In this document: positions 55,601-64,000 of the stretch, in pieces | How positions within the stretch are numbered: position 1 is the stretch's first letter | Layout of the letters: each line of letters begins with the position of its first letter | Source: a virus | Taxonomy: Duplodnaviria > Caudoviricetes | Length of the DNA: 64,000 bases | Direction: 5' to 3' (one strand) | IMG/VR virus record: IMGVR_UViG_3300013121_000005 | Location: 96,001 to 160,000 of that record | Notes under the pieces: generated by a model | Told to the model about the DNA's origin: nothing | What the model saw: the letters and a program-made list of their open reading frames with translations, nothing else | Databases searched by the model: none | Made by a program: the position numbers and the translations under genes

Positions 55601-58600
55601 GCGGACCATCTGCTTCGTGTTGATGGGGATCAGGTTTATATGCTTGCGGGGGCCACCTACAACGCAGGGACTAACGAAACGACGGTCACCCTAGCAGCCC
55701 CCCAGGTTTTTCGAGACTCGTTTTCCCAGCCTAAACTCTACGTAACTTCAGGGCCCGTAAGAGTTACAGCGGCATTTCTACAGCCTTCCTACTTCGCGTT
55801 GGAGATGGCATCCTATGATACGACTCCCCGGGGGATGAACAAGTTCAAGATTCAAGGGGACAAAACGGCAAGTTACAGTGCAGGGACGGTGATTAATTGG
55901 TCTTCTGCCTCCCCTTTGGTGAACGACTTTTTGCTTGTAACTGGGTCTACCTACGACGTTTCGCTTGATCGTACTGAAGTCACAACGACTCAAGCTACAG
56001 CTAGGCAGTACACTCCTGGGGTTCATGTTCTGCGGCGGTCGGTTCGATCTGTCTTGGAGGCTACAGCGCAGAGTGTACGCACAAGTACTCCACCTGCGAT
56101 CCCTCCCCCTGCTTTGACGGTTTTGGACTCGGTTGTGGTCTTTCGTCGGGTGGAAGGTCAAGCGGGGCAGGTTCTTTCCTCCCCTCAGGACTTCTCGATT
56201 GATGAGGCGGGCAAGGTTAGCTTTACTACTCCTCTTCGCCCAAACGAGGAGTTTTCCATCTTCTATACCCGGCACAGATTTGTGCAGCCGGGCCAGCTTC
56301 GAGCCTCGTATACAGCCAGCATTTCCCCAGATGCAACGAATGGCTTGGTAAATCAGACACTTACAGCTAACTTCACAACGGTATCCCCAGACGCTTTCTT
56401 CTATAGAGTTGAAACTCTTACGAATTTCCGAGGTGAGGTTGCCAGTAAGTACAAGGAGGAAGCGAAGTCGTCGGTCCCATCAGGGGGTCCTCGGACCGAC
56501 AATGCTTCTCAGCCCAAGCTATACCAGCAGGGACAGAAGTCCGTGTTTTTCGACGAGGGCTATTATTCAAACGAGGACTTGGTTGCTAGAGCGTCTCTCA
56601 AGTTCTACAATGATATCGTGAACTTTCTGGAGGATCTTCTCCAGAACATGGATGGTCGCATTGTTGGGGACTACGACGGTAGGTTCAAGTTCAACGGCAC
56701 AACAGGGACCTTGGTCTCGAATTTTGACCTGGCTAACAACCAGATTGACGATACGTTTAAGATTTCCCCCTTTCCCATTGACTTCACACCTCCTCTGCTC
56801 CCCTTCAAGTTCTTGGGGACCTACGTCAAAGCATATGAGCCCAATGCGAGGAGTCGGTTTTTCCCTACCGCTCGGACGCGCTACAATTACACGACGGTTG
56901 GGGCTGACACGTCTGCTGAGACAGGCAACCAGATGGTTGACCTTACTGCTAAGAACCTCACTGGGATTGCTCCGGTGGCGTCTAGACGGTCTCCCCGAGC
57001 AAGGGTAACGAAGGCAGCAGAGGCAGGAGCCACTTCTCTTACGGTGGATGCGACAGGGGCCATTACGACCTTGCCTGGGCCTTTTCGCCCGGCTTTCGTC
57101 AATGGGATGAAGGTTGTTGTGCGGGACCCTTCAGGAGCGTACCTTGTTAGCGAGTTGCTTCCTGCTACTGCGACAGTAAGCGGACCTACCACATTGAATT
57201 TGGCTCCAGCGGTTCCAGTTACAATCCCCGTTGGCTCGACGGTTCATTTGGCTGCTTTGGATACCGCATACCAGAAGAATTACCGCACTAGCTTCGACAT
57301 AGGGCTCGATCCAGAGAAGGGTTTTCTTCTCTTCGTCAAACCCTACCCTCCTTTCGACGGAACTTTCCCCCTCATCCCACCCGAGTTGGAGATTCAGGAC
57401 CCAAATTCCGGTGAGTTGCTACAGACCTCCTTTACGATAGCCAATTCCCGAGTGGAGCCCGAGAAATTCCCAGGGCTTTTTGGAGGAGCGTTTGATGACG
57501 ATGGGGATCAACGTCTACCCCTACTAAACCCAACCTATGTAAGGGAAACTGCCCCCACTACGGAGCCAGGGGCTAAGCCATGTTACCTGTCTACAGAGAT
57601 TTCGGCTGGCACGGATGTAGCTGCGAATGCGGTTGACCCCTTCATTGGGTTGGGATCTGGCACTCTTGATCCTACAAGGACGGTCATCACGAACGGGGTC
57701 AATTTCCCTGCCCCTGCCCCTCAAGTGGGGGACTTGGTTCGGATTTTGACTGGGTTGAATGGGGTTACAGAGTTCCGTCGAATCATCGCGGCCACTGTAA
57801 ATACGATTACAGTGGATGTGGCCTTTGCTTCTCAAGATGCAGGGTTCAATTACCTTGTCACTACAGCGGCTAACCTAGCTACAGGGTCGCTATCCCTGAT
57901 GGTCGGAGCTACTATCACTGACCTTTTGGCTAACTTTACGGTAGCAGGGGTTAAACCTGGGCACACGGTTGTCCTCACTCAAGTCCCCCATGGGGCTTAT
58001 TTGGAGCGAAGACAGGTTGCTTCTGTTTCAGCAACTCAGATCACCTTGACAGCCCCTTTCTCGAATCTTGCAGTCCCTGCAAGTTACAGGGTTCACAACC
58101 CCATCAATACCTACAGCTTTTCGGATCTTACGCCTTCGGTCTCGGGTCAACTTGCTATCCTTCAGACGAACCCTAATAGCGAGTTGAACTCGATTGACAA
58201 TGTGTACAACAGTGCATTGACAGACCGGCTGTCCCCTGCGATTGGGTCAGGAAATGCTACGGCTGCGGACACGTTAGTTGGAATTGGGGTTAACTTCGTC
58301 ACTTCTGGAGTTGCCCCAGGGGACATCCTGTATGTGCAGCCAGGGCAACCCAACAAGGGTTTCTACACAATCTCAGAAGTTGTCAACTCGACTACGGTGA
58401 AGATCAGCGATTCCCCTGGCTTTGTAAGCTTCCCTGTTGGAATGACTTTTCGGATTGGTAAGCTATTTGGGGTTCGCATCCAGACTCTTCGAGACTTGTT
58501 TGATGTCCGGGAAAACACTCTAGCGTATGTCCAAGCCCTACAGACATGGGGTCCTTTAGTGTCTACCCCGGTAGATGTGCTGGTGCCTCCTGGCGTAGTC

Positions 58601-58885
58601 GATGCAACGTACTTTGCGCGGGCCTACACCTCTGCTGATTTTGCAGCCAGAAACGGTACAGTCTCTGGGCGTAAGACTTATCTAGATACGATTGGCATTT
58701 CTACCGTTGAGAAAATCCTTTCCTCTGGGGATCGTCTGTATGATGTGCGCTACACTTGGATTGATGCCCGTATCAATCTAGAGAAGGGGATCCTTGTGCG
58801 ACAGAGCCGAGCCGTTACAGAACGACTCAAAGCTCAGGACACTATGCTCAAACAATTAATCAAGTTGCTAGCAGTGGAGAGCTAA
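52685..58885 (+). CDS. very large baseplate wedge/fibre protein
   Basis: 2066 aa, beta-rich, with repeated D..ANF...V.VGD.V.I..G...G...I..V..T.L modules. Confidence 0.7.
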   Translation: MGFSLKGYVLEKPRVSSANSPFTPSPDNLVSDSGAYTATYGTNELVPGRGEYLVVVLVDGDLANAEFGWTKNEGGLQRFDFDGSEQRFRPMRGAARLEVGTVTSSANATRLKVPKPTVSVGVGPYRLALGTVGSGLTVPIVTVPDDGSFGAPAAGTVELSLSTGNLNWNASDLTGPFQGQRAFFQRQAFFSAKESTGRLGVATDTILLNPIPATGQFPQLRFGFGLPLHPVEKANEASFSANPTQGTFEWALDTGRVKFNSSDISSNPGEAIYYDGVLLGIQKRLPRQTVGTIGAPTPVVGLPSEGGDLIFRALPPTLPSGTASFPSTTTVVDGAANFTLNAAVGDIVVLTSGPNVGSRRAITAVTSATQLQVAPPFPSVVGANYTIQRKIVQFPEFVRTTTPSLIGKSGQVQVNPSSGALQFSFAEILAYGAYQAEVIFGDLPVERGISLRLFRTPVDLGAKDPSTKDVSAFYPTVNARLADPIVGAPLVFLPVVPVDDPAYPMSFVVEQGTGSFTGALPRLDVAFPPGGIGYTIDYDTKRFNFAIRRNNYVLPIQTRVGAVQLKDPLVNPANVTLELDQGLGYVPLTLGTDSLLEPTSGVVTFVETIGSRVVQGAGGQILSLSTFNDPNANFAGVLVGDQLVISNSSEKGVYTVTGIPSSVQLTFSPAATLNTSGLSYEIRRGKEILVDRFFQELVLVDPGTKVEKIRALGTITNSPRLNIPAANASISRFRLGLAFLTTTTVVPNDGAFTSPALLPAGTVEVSQATGNLNFSQSNVATGSTVYWARLLVQGKEYRIEPELGFIQVTERLLAMDELFLTYSSLQNPAVQIEERATFLVRKELTTHPTATSTIPFNPLGREVATNPSPVVFRGGRPQDSTQVSVSSTPSLITFLADKLPTPGGSPRVSDTLPHGAIVQPSERVYVDYFVYNAIGGENTTTVLQPPINLAKVTLSEGASTFKVKGNRTANFPADHLLRVDGDQVYMLAGATYNAGTNETTVTLAAPQVFRDSFSQPKLYVTSGPVRVTAAFLQPSYFALEMASYDTTPRGMNKFKIQGDKTASYSAGTVINWSSASPLVNDFLLVTGSTYDVSLDRTEVTTTQATARQYTPGVHVLRRSVRSVLEATAQSVRTSTPPAIPPPALTVLDSVVVFRRVEGQAGQVLSSPQDFSIDEAGKVSFTTPLRPNEEFSIFYTRHRFVQPGQLRASYTASISPDATNGLVNQTLTANFTTVSPDAFFYRVETLTNFRGEVASKYKEEAKSSVPSGGPRTDNASQPKLYQQGQKSVFFDEGYYSNEDLVARASLKFYNDIVNFLEDLLQNMDGRIVGDYDGRFKFNGTTGTLVSNFDLANNQIDDTFKISPFPIDFTPPLLPFKFLGTYVKAYEPNARSRFFPTARTRYNYTTVGADTSAETGNQMVDLTAKNLTGIAPVASRRSPRARVTKAAEAGATSLTVDATGAITTLPGPFRPAFVNGMKVVVRDPSGAYLVSELLPATATVSGPTTLNLAPAVPVTIPVGSTVHLAALDTAYQKNYRTSFDIGLDPEKGFLLFVKPYPPFDGTFPLIPPELEIQDPNSGELLQTSFTIANSRVEPEKFPGLFGGAFDDDGDQRLPLLNPTYVRETAPTTEPGAKPCYLSTEISAGTDVAANAVDPFIGLGSGTLDPTRTVITNGVNFPAPAPQVGDLVRILTGLNGVTEFRRIIAATVNTITVDVAFASQDAGFNYLVTTAANLATGSLSLMVGATITDLLANFTVAGVKPGHTVVLTQVPHGAYLERRQVASVSATQITLTAPFSNLAVPASYRVHNPINTYSFSDLTPSVSGQLAILQTNPNSELNSIDNVYNSALTDRLSPAIGSGNATAADTLVGIGVNFVTSGVAPGDILYVQPGQPNKGFYTISEVVNSTTVKISDSPGFVSFPVGMTFRIGKLFGVRIQTLRDLFDVRENTLAYVQALQTWGPLVSTPVDVLVPPGVVDATYFARAYTSADFAARNGTVSGRKTYLDTIGISTVEKILSSGDRLYDVRYTWIDARINLEKGILVRQSRAVTERLKAQDTMLKQLIKLLAVES

Positions 58886-58888
58886 CCC

Positions 58889-59113
58889 ATGTCGAACGAA
58901 GAAGAGACGACCCCTGTTGCTGAGGAGCCCAAGGAGGAGCCCAAGGAGGAGCCCAAGGTGACTGAGGAGCCCAAGCCGCCCCAATGGGAGTACAAGACGG
59001 AGTTTGGGATCAATGCTCGAATGAGGGAGGTCGCCACTAAAGCGATGGAGCTTTCTGAGTTGGAGCTAGAGAACTTGCGTCGTAAACTGGATCGTCTGAC
59101 CTACGGGGGTTGA
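58889..59113 (+). CDS. small protein with EEPK repeats
   Basis: 12-bp unit GAGGAGCCCAAG x4 (58922-58975); C-terminal coiled coil. Confidence 0.6.
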   Translation: MSNEEETTPVAEEPKEEPKEEPKVTEEPKPPQWEYKTEFGINARMREVATKAMELSELELENLRRKLDRLTYGG

Positions 59114-59114
59114 A

Positions 59115-61283
59115 GTGTCGGACTGGAAGTCCTTTGCGATCAAGATTCCTGGAAAGGACCTAGTAGAGAAGGTTCGAGGCATCCTTGAGACCTTGTTGGT
59201 CTTTTTGGAGATCCTGAAGGCAATCCTTGAAACGATCTCACTCTTCCTGATTGATTTCGGTAATCCGCTGAGGGTCCTCATCGAGGCCCTGCTTACGTTG
59301 ATTCTTCAGTTGTTTGAGTCCCTCAAACGAACGGGTCTCTACGCCTACTACGACGTACCAAATCCTATAAAGGACCCTGGTTTTGATCGGTTCCGAGGAG
59401 GGTACCAAGCTTTCGTCGAGCGGTTTAAAGCATCGCTTTTCGACTCAAAGGACCCGTTTCGCCCTCAGCCAGCTCCAGGCAGTAACCAAAGTGGATTCGT
59501 ACTTATCGTGGCTGATGCTGAGAGTGTCTTCGGGATGCTCCGGCTGATCAAGATTCTCCTGCGCTTCTTTGGCAAGGAGTTCAGGTCTGCGCAGTTTGTG
59601 GCTCCAGCGAACGTGAAGGTTTTCCCGGCTGGTCAAAAGCCTGGGGCGCTCGGGGGTACGAGTGTGGACCCCATTCTTCAGGTTGCGAGTGTTTTTGGCG
59701 TAACCCTGAAAGGGTTGGCTATTGAGTGGTCTCTTGCAACCAATCAGTACCCCCCTGACCCTGGCTTTAATGACCTGGTAGCCAGCATGTCGTCGGAGTT
59801 CATTCCTCAAAAGTGGCTCATCGAGAAGACTAGCCGTTCTGGGGGTCCCGAAGTTGTTACCGCGAAGGACGAGACCAGGTTCGAGGACAAACGAGGGCGA
59901 CCCCTCAAACGAGTCAAGAAGGTTCGAGACGAAAACGGGGACTACTTCCGTAAGTTCGAGAAGTACATCGTATTAGACCCCAGTACCAATACCGAAGCGT
60001 TCTTTCTGGGCCAGCTTGGTACCTTTCGTTACATAGACACAGATGTAACGAAAGATAAGACCTACTACTATCGAGTTCGAGCTTTCAGTGGGCCTTTGGA
60101 TGTTAGCTCTGGAGGTACCCTTGATCTTCCTGACCCGGAGAAGAGTCAGGTTACAGGTGACTTGATTCAGCGGTGGCCGAGCAAGGACCGTTTGGATCCC
60201 GTGGTCATGGGAAGGCCCTCAGGAATCATCACGGGCAGAGTCCCTAACGTTCCTGCTAACTTCGATCTCATTGAAGCGCTGAAGAACACGTTCCGTATGG
60301 CATTTGCGCTGGGATTTCACCTTGAATTGAGCCCTGACGCTACATTCGACAGTAATGGGTACCCCACAAATGGGACTACCACTATCCAAATAGGTCGTGG
60401 TTCTTTGAGCAATTTGGCTGGCCCTCTAGGTCAGCTCTTCCCGGAGGTTGAACTAGCAGCTATCTTTGGGGTGGGGTTCTCGGACGCAGGTACCTCGGAA
60501 AGGGTAGAGCCTGATCCGGTTAGTGGGCAGTACCCGAATGTGGTCCACAACTACTTCAACGTGAAGGCCCAGTCTGCTCGGCTTTCCTCGATGGTGGCTC
60601 AGTCCCTTATCGAGAACAGCGGATTGTTAATTCCGCTTCGAGACCTCTATCAGGGAGCTATCCCTAAGTCGGTTTCAGGGGGCGGTTACTTCTCCAGCGG
60701 CATTACTACCATCGAGAAGATGGTTACCCAGTTCTGCCGTTTGCCGGATAACTTTCCAGCTACCTATGACCCAAAGGTCTATGAGACCTACAAGTTTGCA
60801 TACACTGACCCAGCTTCTCGGCTTAATTGCCTAGCTGTGATCAGATACATCAAGTCCTTTACGCTAGGTGGGACTCCTCCAGACTGGATCCAGGTGAGCC
60901 TCCTGAGGGATATCATCCCTTGGTCTGGGGCTATGATCTACGAACTTTTGGCTCGTATTGACGCTCTGTTAGAAGCCTTCAAGAGTGCTCTAAGCGAGCT
61001 GAAAGCCTTCATTGACTTGTTGATTCGCAAAATCGATGCTTTGGAACGGTTCGTCAAGTTCCTCATTGAAATTCTGAACTACCTTGACCTTTTCTCGGTA
61101 GGGTTCTACTTCTTGGCAGTTCCTAGCACGGATAAGGGGATCCCTGGTTGGATCGAGGCGGTGGATATGGCGGGGGGTACTCCTCCTCCATCGGGCCCAG
61201 GGGGCTATACGGCTGGAGTTGCTTTGGCTTATGCAGGGCCGAATGTGGATGTTTTTGCAACAGCTTTCAGCATCATCTTTTAG
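59115..61283 (+). CDS. baseplate-associated protein with hydrophobic helices and FN3-like segment
   Basis: N- and C-terminal amphipathic/hydrophobic helices; YIDTDV..DKTYYYRVRA. Confidence 0.6.
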   Translation: MSDWKSFAIKIPGKDLVEKVRGILETLLVFLEILKAILETISLFLIDFGNPLRVLIEALLTLILQLFESLKRTGLYAYYDVPNPIKDPGFDRFRGGYQAFVERFKASLFDSKDPFRPQPAPGSNQSGFVLIVADAESVFGMLRLIKILLRFFGKEFRSAQFVAPANVKVFPAGQKPGALGGTSVDPILQVASVFGVTLKGLAIEWSLATNQYPPDPGFNDLVASMSSEFIPQKWLIEKTSRSGGPEVVTAKDETRFEDKRGRPLKRVKKVRDENGDYFRKFEKYIVLDPSTNTEAFFLGQLGTFRYIDTDVTKDKTYYYRVRAFSGPLDVSSGGTLDLPDPEKSQVTGDLIQRWPSKDRLDPVVMGRPSGIITGRVPNVPANFDLIEALKNTFRMAFALGFHLELSPDATFDSNGYPTNGTTTIQIGRGSLSNLAGPLGQLFPEVELAAIFGVGFSDAGTSERVEPDPVSGQYPNVVHNYFNVKAQSARLSSMVAQSLIENSGLLIPLRDLYQGAIPKSVSGGGYFSSGITTIEKMVTQFCRLPDNFPATYDPKVYETYKFAYTDPASRLNCLAVIRYIKSFTLGGTPPDWIQVSLLRDIIPWSGAMIYELLARIDALLEAFKSALSELKAFIDLLIRKIDALERFVKFLIEILNYLDLFSVGFYFLAVPSTDKGIPGWIEAVDMAGGTPPPSGPGGYTAGVALAYAGPNVDVFATAFSIIF

Positions 61284-61340
61284 GGAGCCTAGGGGCATTG
61301 CGATCCCTCTTGTAAATACCCCCTGAGTAGGAGGTGGTCC

Positions 61341-62102
61341 TTGCCGTTCGAGTTCCTCGGTACCTTCAACAAGTCCCAGTTTGATAGGTTCGCGGCATAT
61401 GCGCGGGACCAACTCGCCTATGTGGACGCAAGAATTGCCCACCTGACCTATGAGCAGACTAGGGTTGGGTTTCTTCGGTTTACTTTTGATCCTGCGGGTA
61501 AGCCTACTGCGTACTCAACTGGGTCGTCGGGGTCATCTCCGACCTACATAGGTAAACTGATGGCAGCCTACGAAGCTTTGGGGGGAGATCCGTTCTTTGA
61601 CCTCCAGACTCGAACCATGGGTCAGCCAGTTTTTTACCCAAGGGGTACAGAGGTAGCTTCCAACAAGGTCATGTCAAACGGTGAACCTTTGCCAGCAAAG
61701 GGCTTGGCAGATGCCCCCTCCGCTAAGCTTATGGGGCAGATGCAAGCCTGGATGTACCAGAACTTGGAGCGCCGGGCTAAAATCGAGCGGAAGGTTCGTC
61801 GTGCACTTGATTATGCCGACCAGCTTCAAGCTGAGATTGAGGGGCTGACTCTGATCAAACGGTCTGTGGAGGTAGATGGCTCGCTGGAGAACATGATCTC
61901 CGCAGTGAACCTTTTGCTAGCTGACCCTCATTACCGAGCCCTTGGGGATGATAAGGGGGCAGACCCGTTTGGTAAGTTGGCTTACGCGCCGTACGCCTCC
62001 TATGAGCCTGGTGAGGGGCGGAATGCTCCTGATGGTCTTGTAGTCGAAAGAGTCTCTGGGGGGTACTCCATTTCGGGAGAGGGCGGCTCCACTACGCTAT
62101 GA
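61341..62102 (+). CDS. hypothetical baseplate-region protein
   Basis: AGGAGG SD before TTG; candidate late promoter at 61302-61329. Confidence 0.65.
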   Translation: MPFEFLGTFNKSQFDRFAAYARDQLAYVDARIAHLTYEQTRVGFLRFTFDPAGKPTAYSTGSSGSSPTYIGKLMAAYEALGGDPFFDLQTRTMGQPVFYPRGTEVASNKVMSNGEPLPAKGLADAPSAKLMGQMQAWMYQNLERRAKIERKVRRALDYADQLQAEIEGLTLIKRSVEVDGSLENMISAVNLLLADPHYRALGDDKGADPFGKLAYAPYASYEPGEGRNAPDGLVVERVSGGYSISGEGGSTTL

Positions 62103-63235
62103 GTTTCGATCGACAACTCGACCAACTCTGCACCCACACTGTAGTAGACGAGTTCCTTGTCGTTCAGTTGGATGGGGTGGTTCGTCCCATTCGTCCAATT
62201 GCTTCGGCCAATTCGGTCTTTGTGCGGCTTAATGGCGACTTGGAGGTACCTTCTGTAGGGGTTGACGTTCCTGCCCAATCAGGGGGGAACAAGGAAGGCC
62301 CCTTCACAATTCAAGTCGGCGTAAACGACCGTTTTGTTGTCCGGGTGAACAACAACCCTCCGCAGTCAGTCACCCTTCCAGCAGCCGTTCGACTTCCAAC
62401 TTGGAGAGTGGCGGACCAGCTTACGGAGGCTCTACAAGGAGTTCAGTTTTATGCCGACAGGAACTTCTTGCGGTTTAGGTCTAGTTTGACAGGGCCGGAT
62501 GCCACAATTTTCATCTACCCTACTAGTACGTTTGCCGTTACAGCAGGCATCAAGACCAATCGTATGTTTCGGGGTAAGCAGGTAGCCCCAGGGTGGTCTC
62601 TTGTTAGTGACCCCAGTACGCTAGCTGATCGACCAACAAGACTCATTGTCTTTGATGAGCCCCCTAAAGGATACAATGACTTTGTGGAGATTTCCTATGC
62701 CACTCAACGACAAGAGTGCCGTAGGTGCGGGGGGTTGGGAGTCGAGAATGATTGGCGTTACGGGACCGATGGGAATGTGATTGAGGTTCGCCAAGAGGCC
62801 CTTCTGATTCAAGAAATGCAGAAGGCAATCTACACCATTCGGGGTTCCAATCCGTTTCACCCATGGTATGGCACAACCATTTCTGAGCAGATTGGGGCGA
62901 AACTCTCAGTAAGGGGTCTTGTACAGAGTGCAATTACTTCTGACATCAATCGGACGTTTACTCGATGGCAGTCGATCAAGCGACAACAGGAGGAAGCTGT
63001 AGGGCAGTTTGTCTCGGATGAGGAGTTTCCTTTCTTGTTGAATTCCGTAGTGCTAGAGCAGAGTCAAAAAGATCCCACGGTTGTATTTGTGACCGTTAGT
63101 CTACAGAATCGCTCGCTCCGCCCTGTCCAACTCACAAGGGGCATTCGCCTACCTCAATCATTGGACCTTCTTGGTTCAACGGGTGGGCAGGGCATCTACC
63201 GTCAAAGTCTTAGTGACTACTCTCTGGTGAGCTGA
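62099..63235 (+). CDS. baseplate wedge/sheath initiator with gp25-like C-terminus
   Basis: LIQEMQKAIYT.RGSNPFHPWYGT.I...IG is the gp25/gpW pattern; CRRCGG finger. Confidence 0.7.
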   Translation: MSFDRQLDQLCTHTVVDEFLVVQLDGVVRPIRPIASANSVFVRLNGDLEVPSVGVDVPAQSGGNKEGPFTIQVGVNDRFVVRVNNNPPQSVTLPAAVRLPTWRVADQLTEALQGVQFYADRNFLRFRSSLTGPDATIFIYPTSTFAVTAGIKTNRMFRGKQVAPGWSLVSDPSTLADRPTRLIVFDEPPKGYNDFVEISYATQRQECRRCGGLGVENDWRYGTDGNVIEVRQEALLIQEMQKAIYTIRGSNPFHPWYGTTISEQIGAKLSVRGLVQSAITSDINRTFTRWQSIKRQQEEAVGQFVSDEEFPFLLNSVVLEQSQKDPTVVFVTVSLQNRSLRPVQLTRGIRLPQSLDLLGSTGGQGIYRQSLSDYSLVS

Positions 63236-63236
63236 A

Positions 63237-64000
63237 ATGGCAACATCCCCTCAAATCAAGTTTCGGGACGGGTCTGGTTACACTCAGGCTCTTGTCTATA
63301 CGACCAATCAAGAGGCGGTTGTAATCGAGGGGAAGGTTGATGTAAACACAGCTACGATTCAAGTATCTGTGAATGGAGCGCCTTTCGTTTCTGACCCTAC
63401 CCTTGTGACGTTCGCCCTACCGAACTTCAAAATTCCTAACCCAGACAACTATCCTGAGGGGTTGGCTCTGAGTCCTGGGCAGAACGTCGTCCTTATCCGG
63501 ACGATAGACATTGTAGGTGGGGTAAGCGGAACGTCGTCTGTTGTCGTTACCAAGCTAAGGCAGTCGGACCTCCCTCAGATTGACATTCCTTCTGGGATTC
63601 GGGTTCGTCGTCGTCGAAATTCTGTTGACATCCTTGCGGCTATCCCAAAGACGCTAACCGGCCTCTTTAATGCCCCAACTCCCAACAACTTTCGAGGGTT
63701 CAACTTTTATGCCAGTGTCACCCCAGGGGGGACTTCTGGGTACTACCGGATCAATGCCTCCGTGGTGACAACAACCTCCTCTGTCTATGAAGAGGATGCT
63801 CTTACATTTGCCACAGATAGTACAACTTGGCAGGCTCAGACTTTCGACCAGGTTCGGATTAAGGTCACGGAAGAAGATGACTATGGGAATGTCCTGAGTA
63901 CTCGGCTTGACAGGCTCTATCCTGTAGCAGAGTACACCAACCAGCTTCGCTTTTCCTCGAAGATGGAGGATGTGTCCCTAAACAACTTCATTAGTTTTAG
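63237..64000 (+). CDS. baseplate protein, partial (runs off window)
   Basis: ATG 63237 (MATSPQIKFRDGSGY...) appears open to the window end; follows the gp25-like gene; Ig-like N-terminus. Confidence 0.65.
   Translation, partial: MATSPQIKFRDGSGYTQALVYTTNQEAVVIEGKVDVNTATIQVSVNGAPFVSDPTLVTFALPNFKIPNPDNYPEGLALSPGQNVVLIRTIDIVGGVSGTSSVVVTKLRQSDLPQIDIPSGIRVRRRRNSVDILAAIPKTLTGLFNAPTPNNFRGFNFYASVTPGGTSGYYRINASVVTTTSSVYEEDALTFATDSTTWQAQTFDQVRIKVTEEDDYGNVLSTRLDRLYPVAEYTNQLRFSSKMEDVSLNNFISF

Noticed and set aside
88-63000. numerous minus-strand and alternate-frame ORFs (e.g. 88..867, 5884..6690, 29745..30482, 35225..35935)
   Set aside because: they overlap well-supported + strand genes and show no recognisable motifs; shadow ORFs
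22330-64000. extracellular contractile injection system, T6SS or tailocin locus
   Set aside because: linked capsid, neck and tape-measure genes plus homing endonucleases indicate a true phage
1-64000. stop-codon reassignment
   Set aside because: code 11 gives long, densely packed ORFs, and TAG, TGA and TAA all occur as true stops

Overview
This window is the late (virion morphogenesis) region of a large, probably jumbo, contractile-tailed dsDNA phage. It has about 55 tightly packed genes, all on the + strand, read in standard code 11. Gene order: head decoration and major capsid protein, HU-like protein, head-associated and Ig-like proteins, neck genes, Dps-like ferritin, actin-fold ATPase, tail terminator, a 1429-aa tail sheath, then a ~9-kb block (polyvalent ART protein, UvrD helicase, DHH-like protein, polyvalent protein) separating sheath from tube, then chaperones, tape measure, tube initiators with lytic transglycosylase, hub, spike and baseplate. 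Three free-standing homing-endonuclease-like genes are interspersed. I saw no tRNA, rRNA, CRISPR array or integrase. Best unexplained signals: (1) arrays of RRAY-NN units (AGATGT/AGACCC, 5-6-nt period) in the leaders of the capsid operon, sheath, tail chaperone and a small DUF5659-like gene, two of them inside predicted stems, suggesting an autoregulated RNA-binding regulon for structural genes; (2) a set of enzymes and polyvalent proteins (Dps, UvrD, ART, SWIM) with K/R-x-A motifs at domain boundaries, suggesting protease-matured head cargo; (3) an actin-like ATPase inside the neck-tail module; (4) two candidate phage promoter motifs. All product calls come from motif recognition and synteny by eye, not from database searches.
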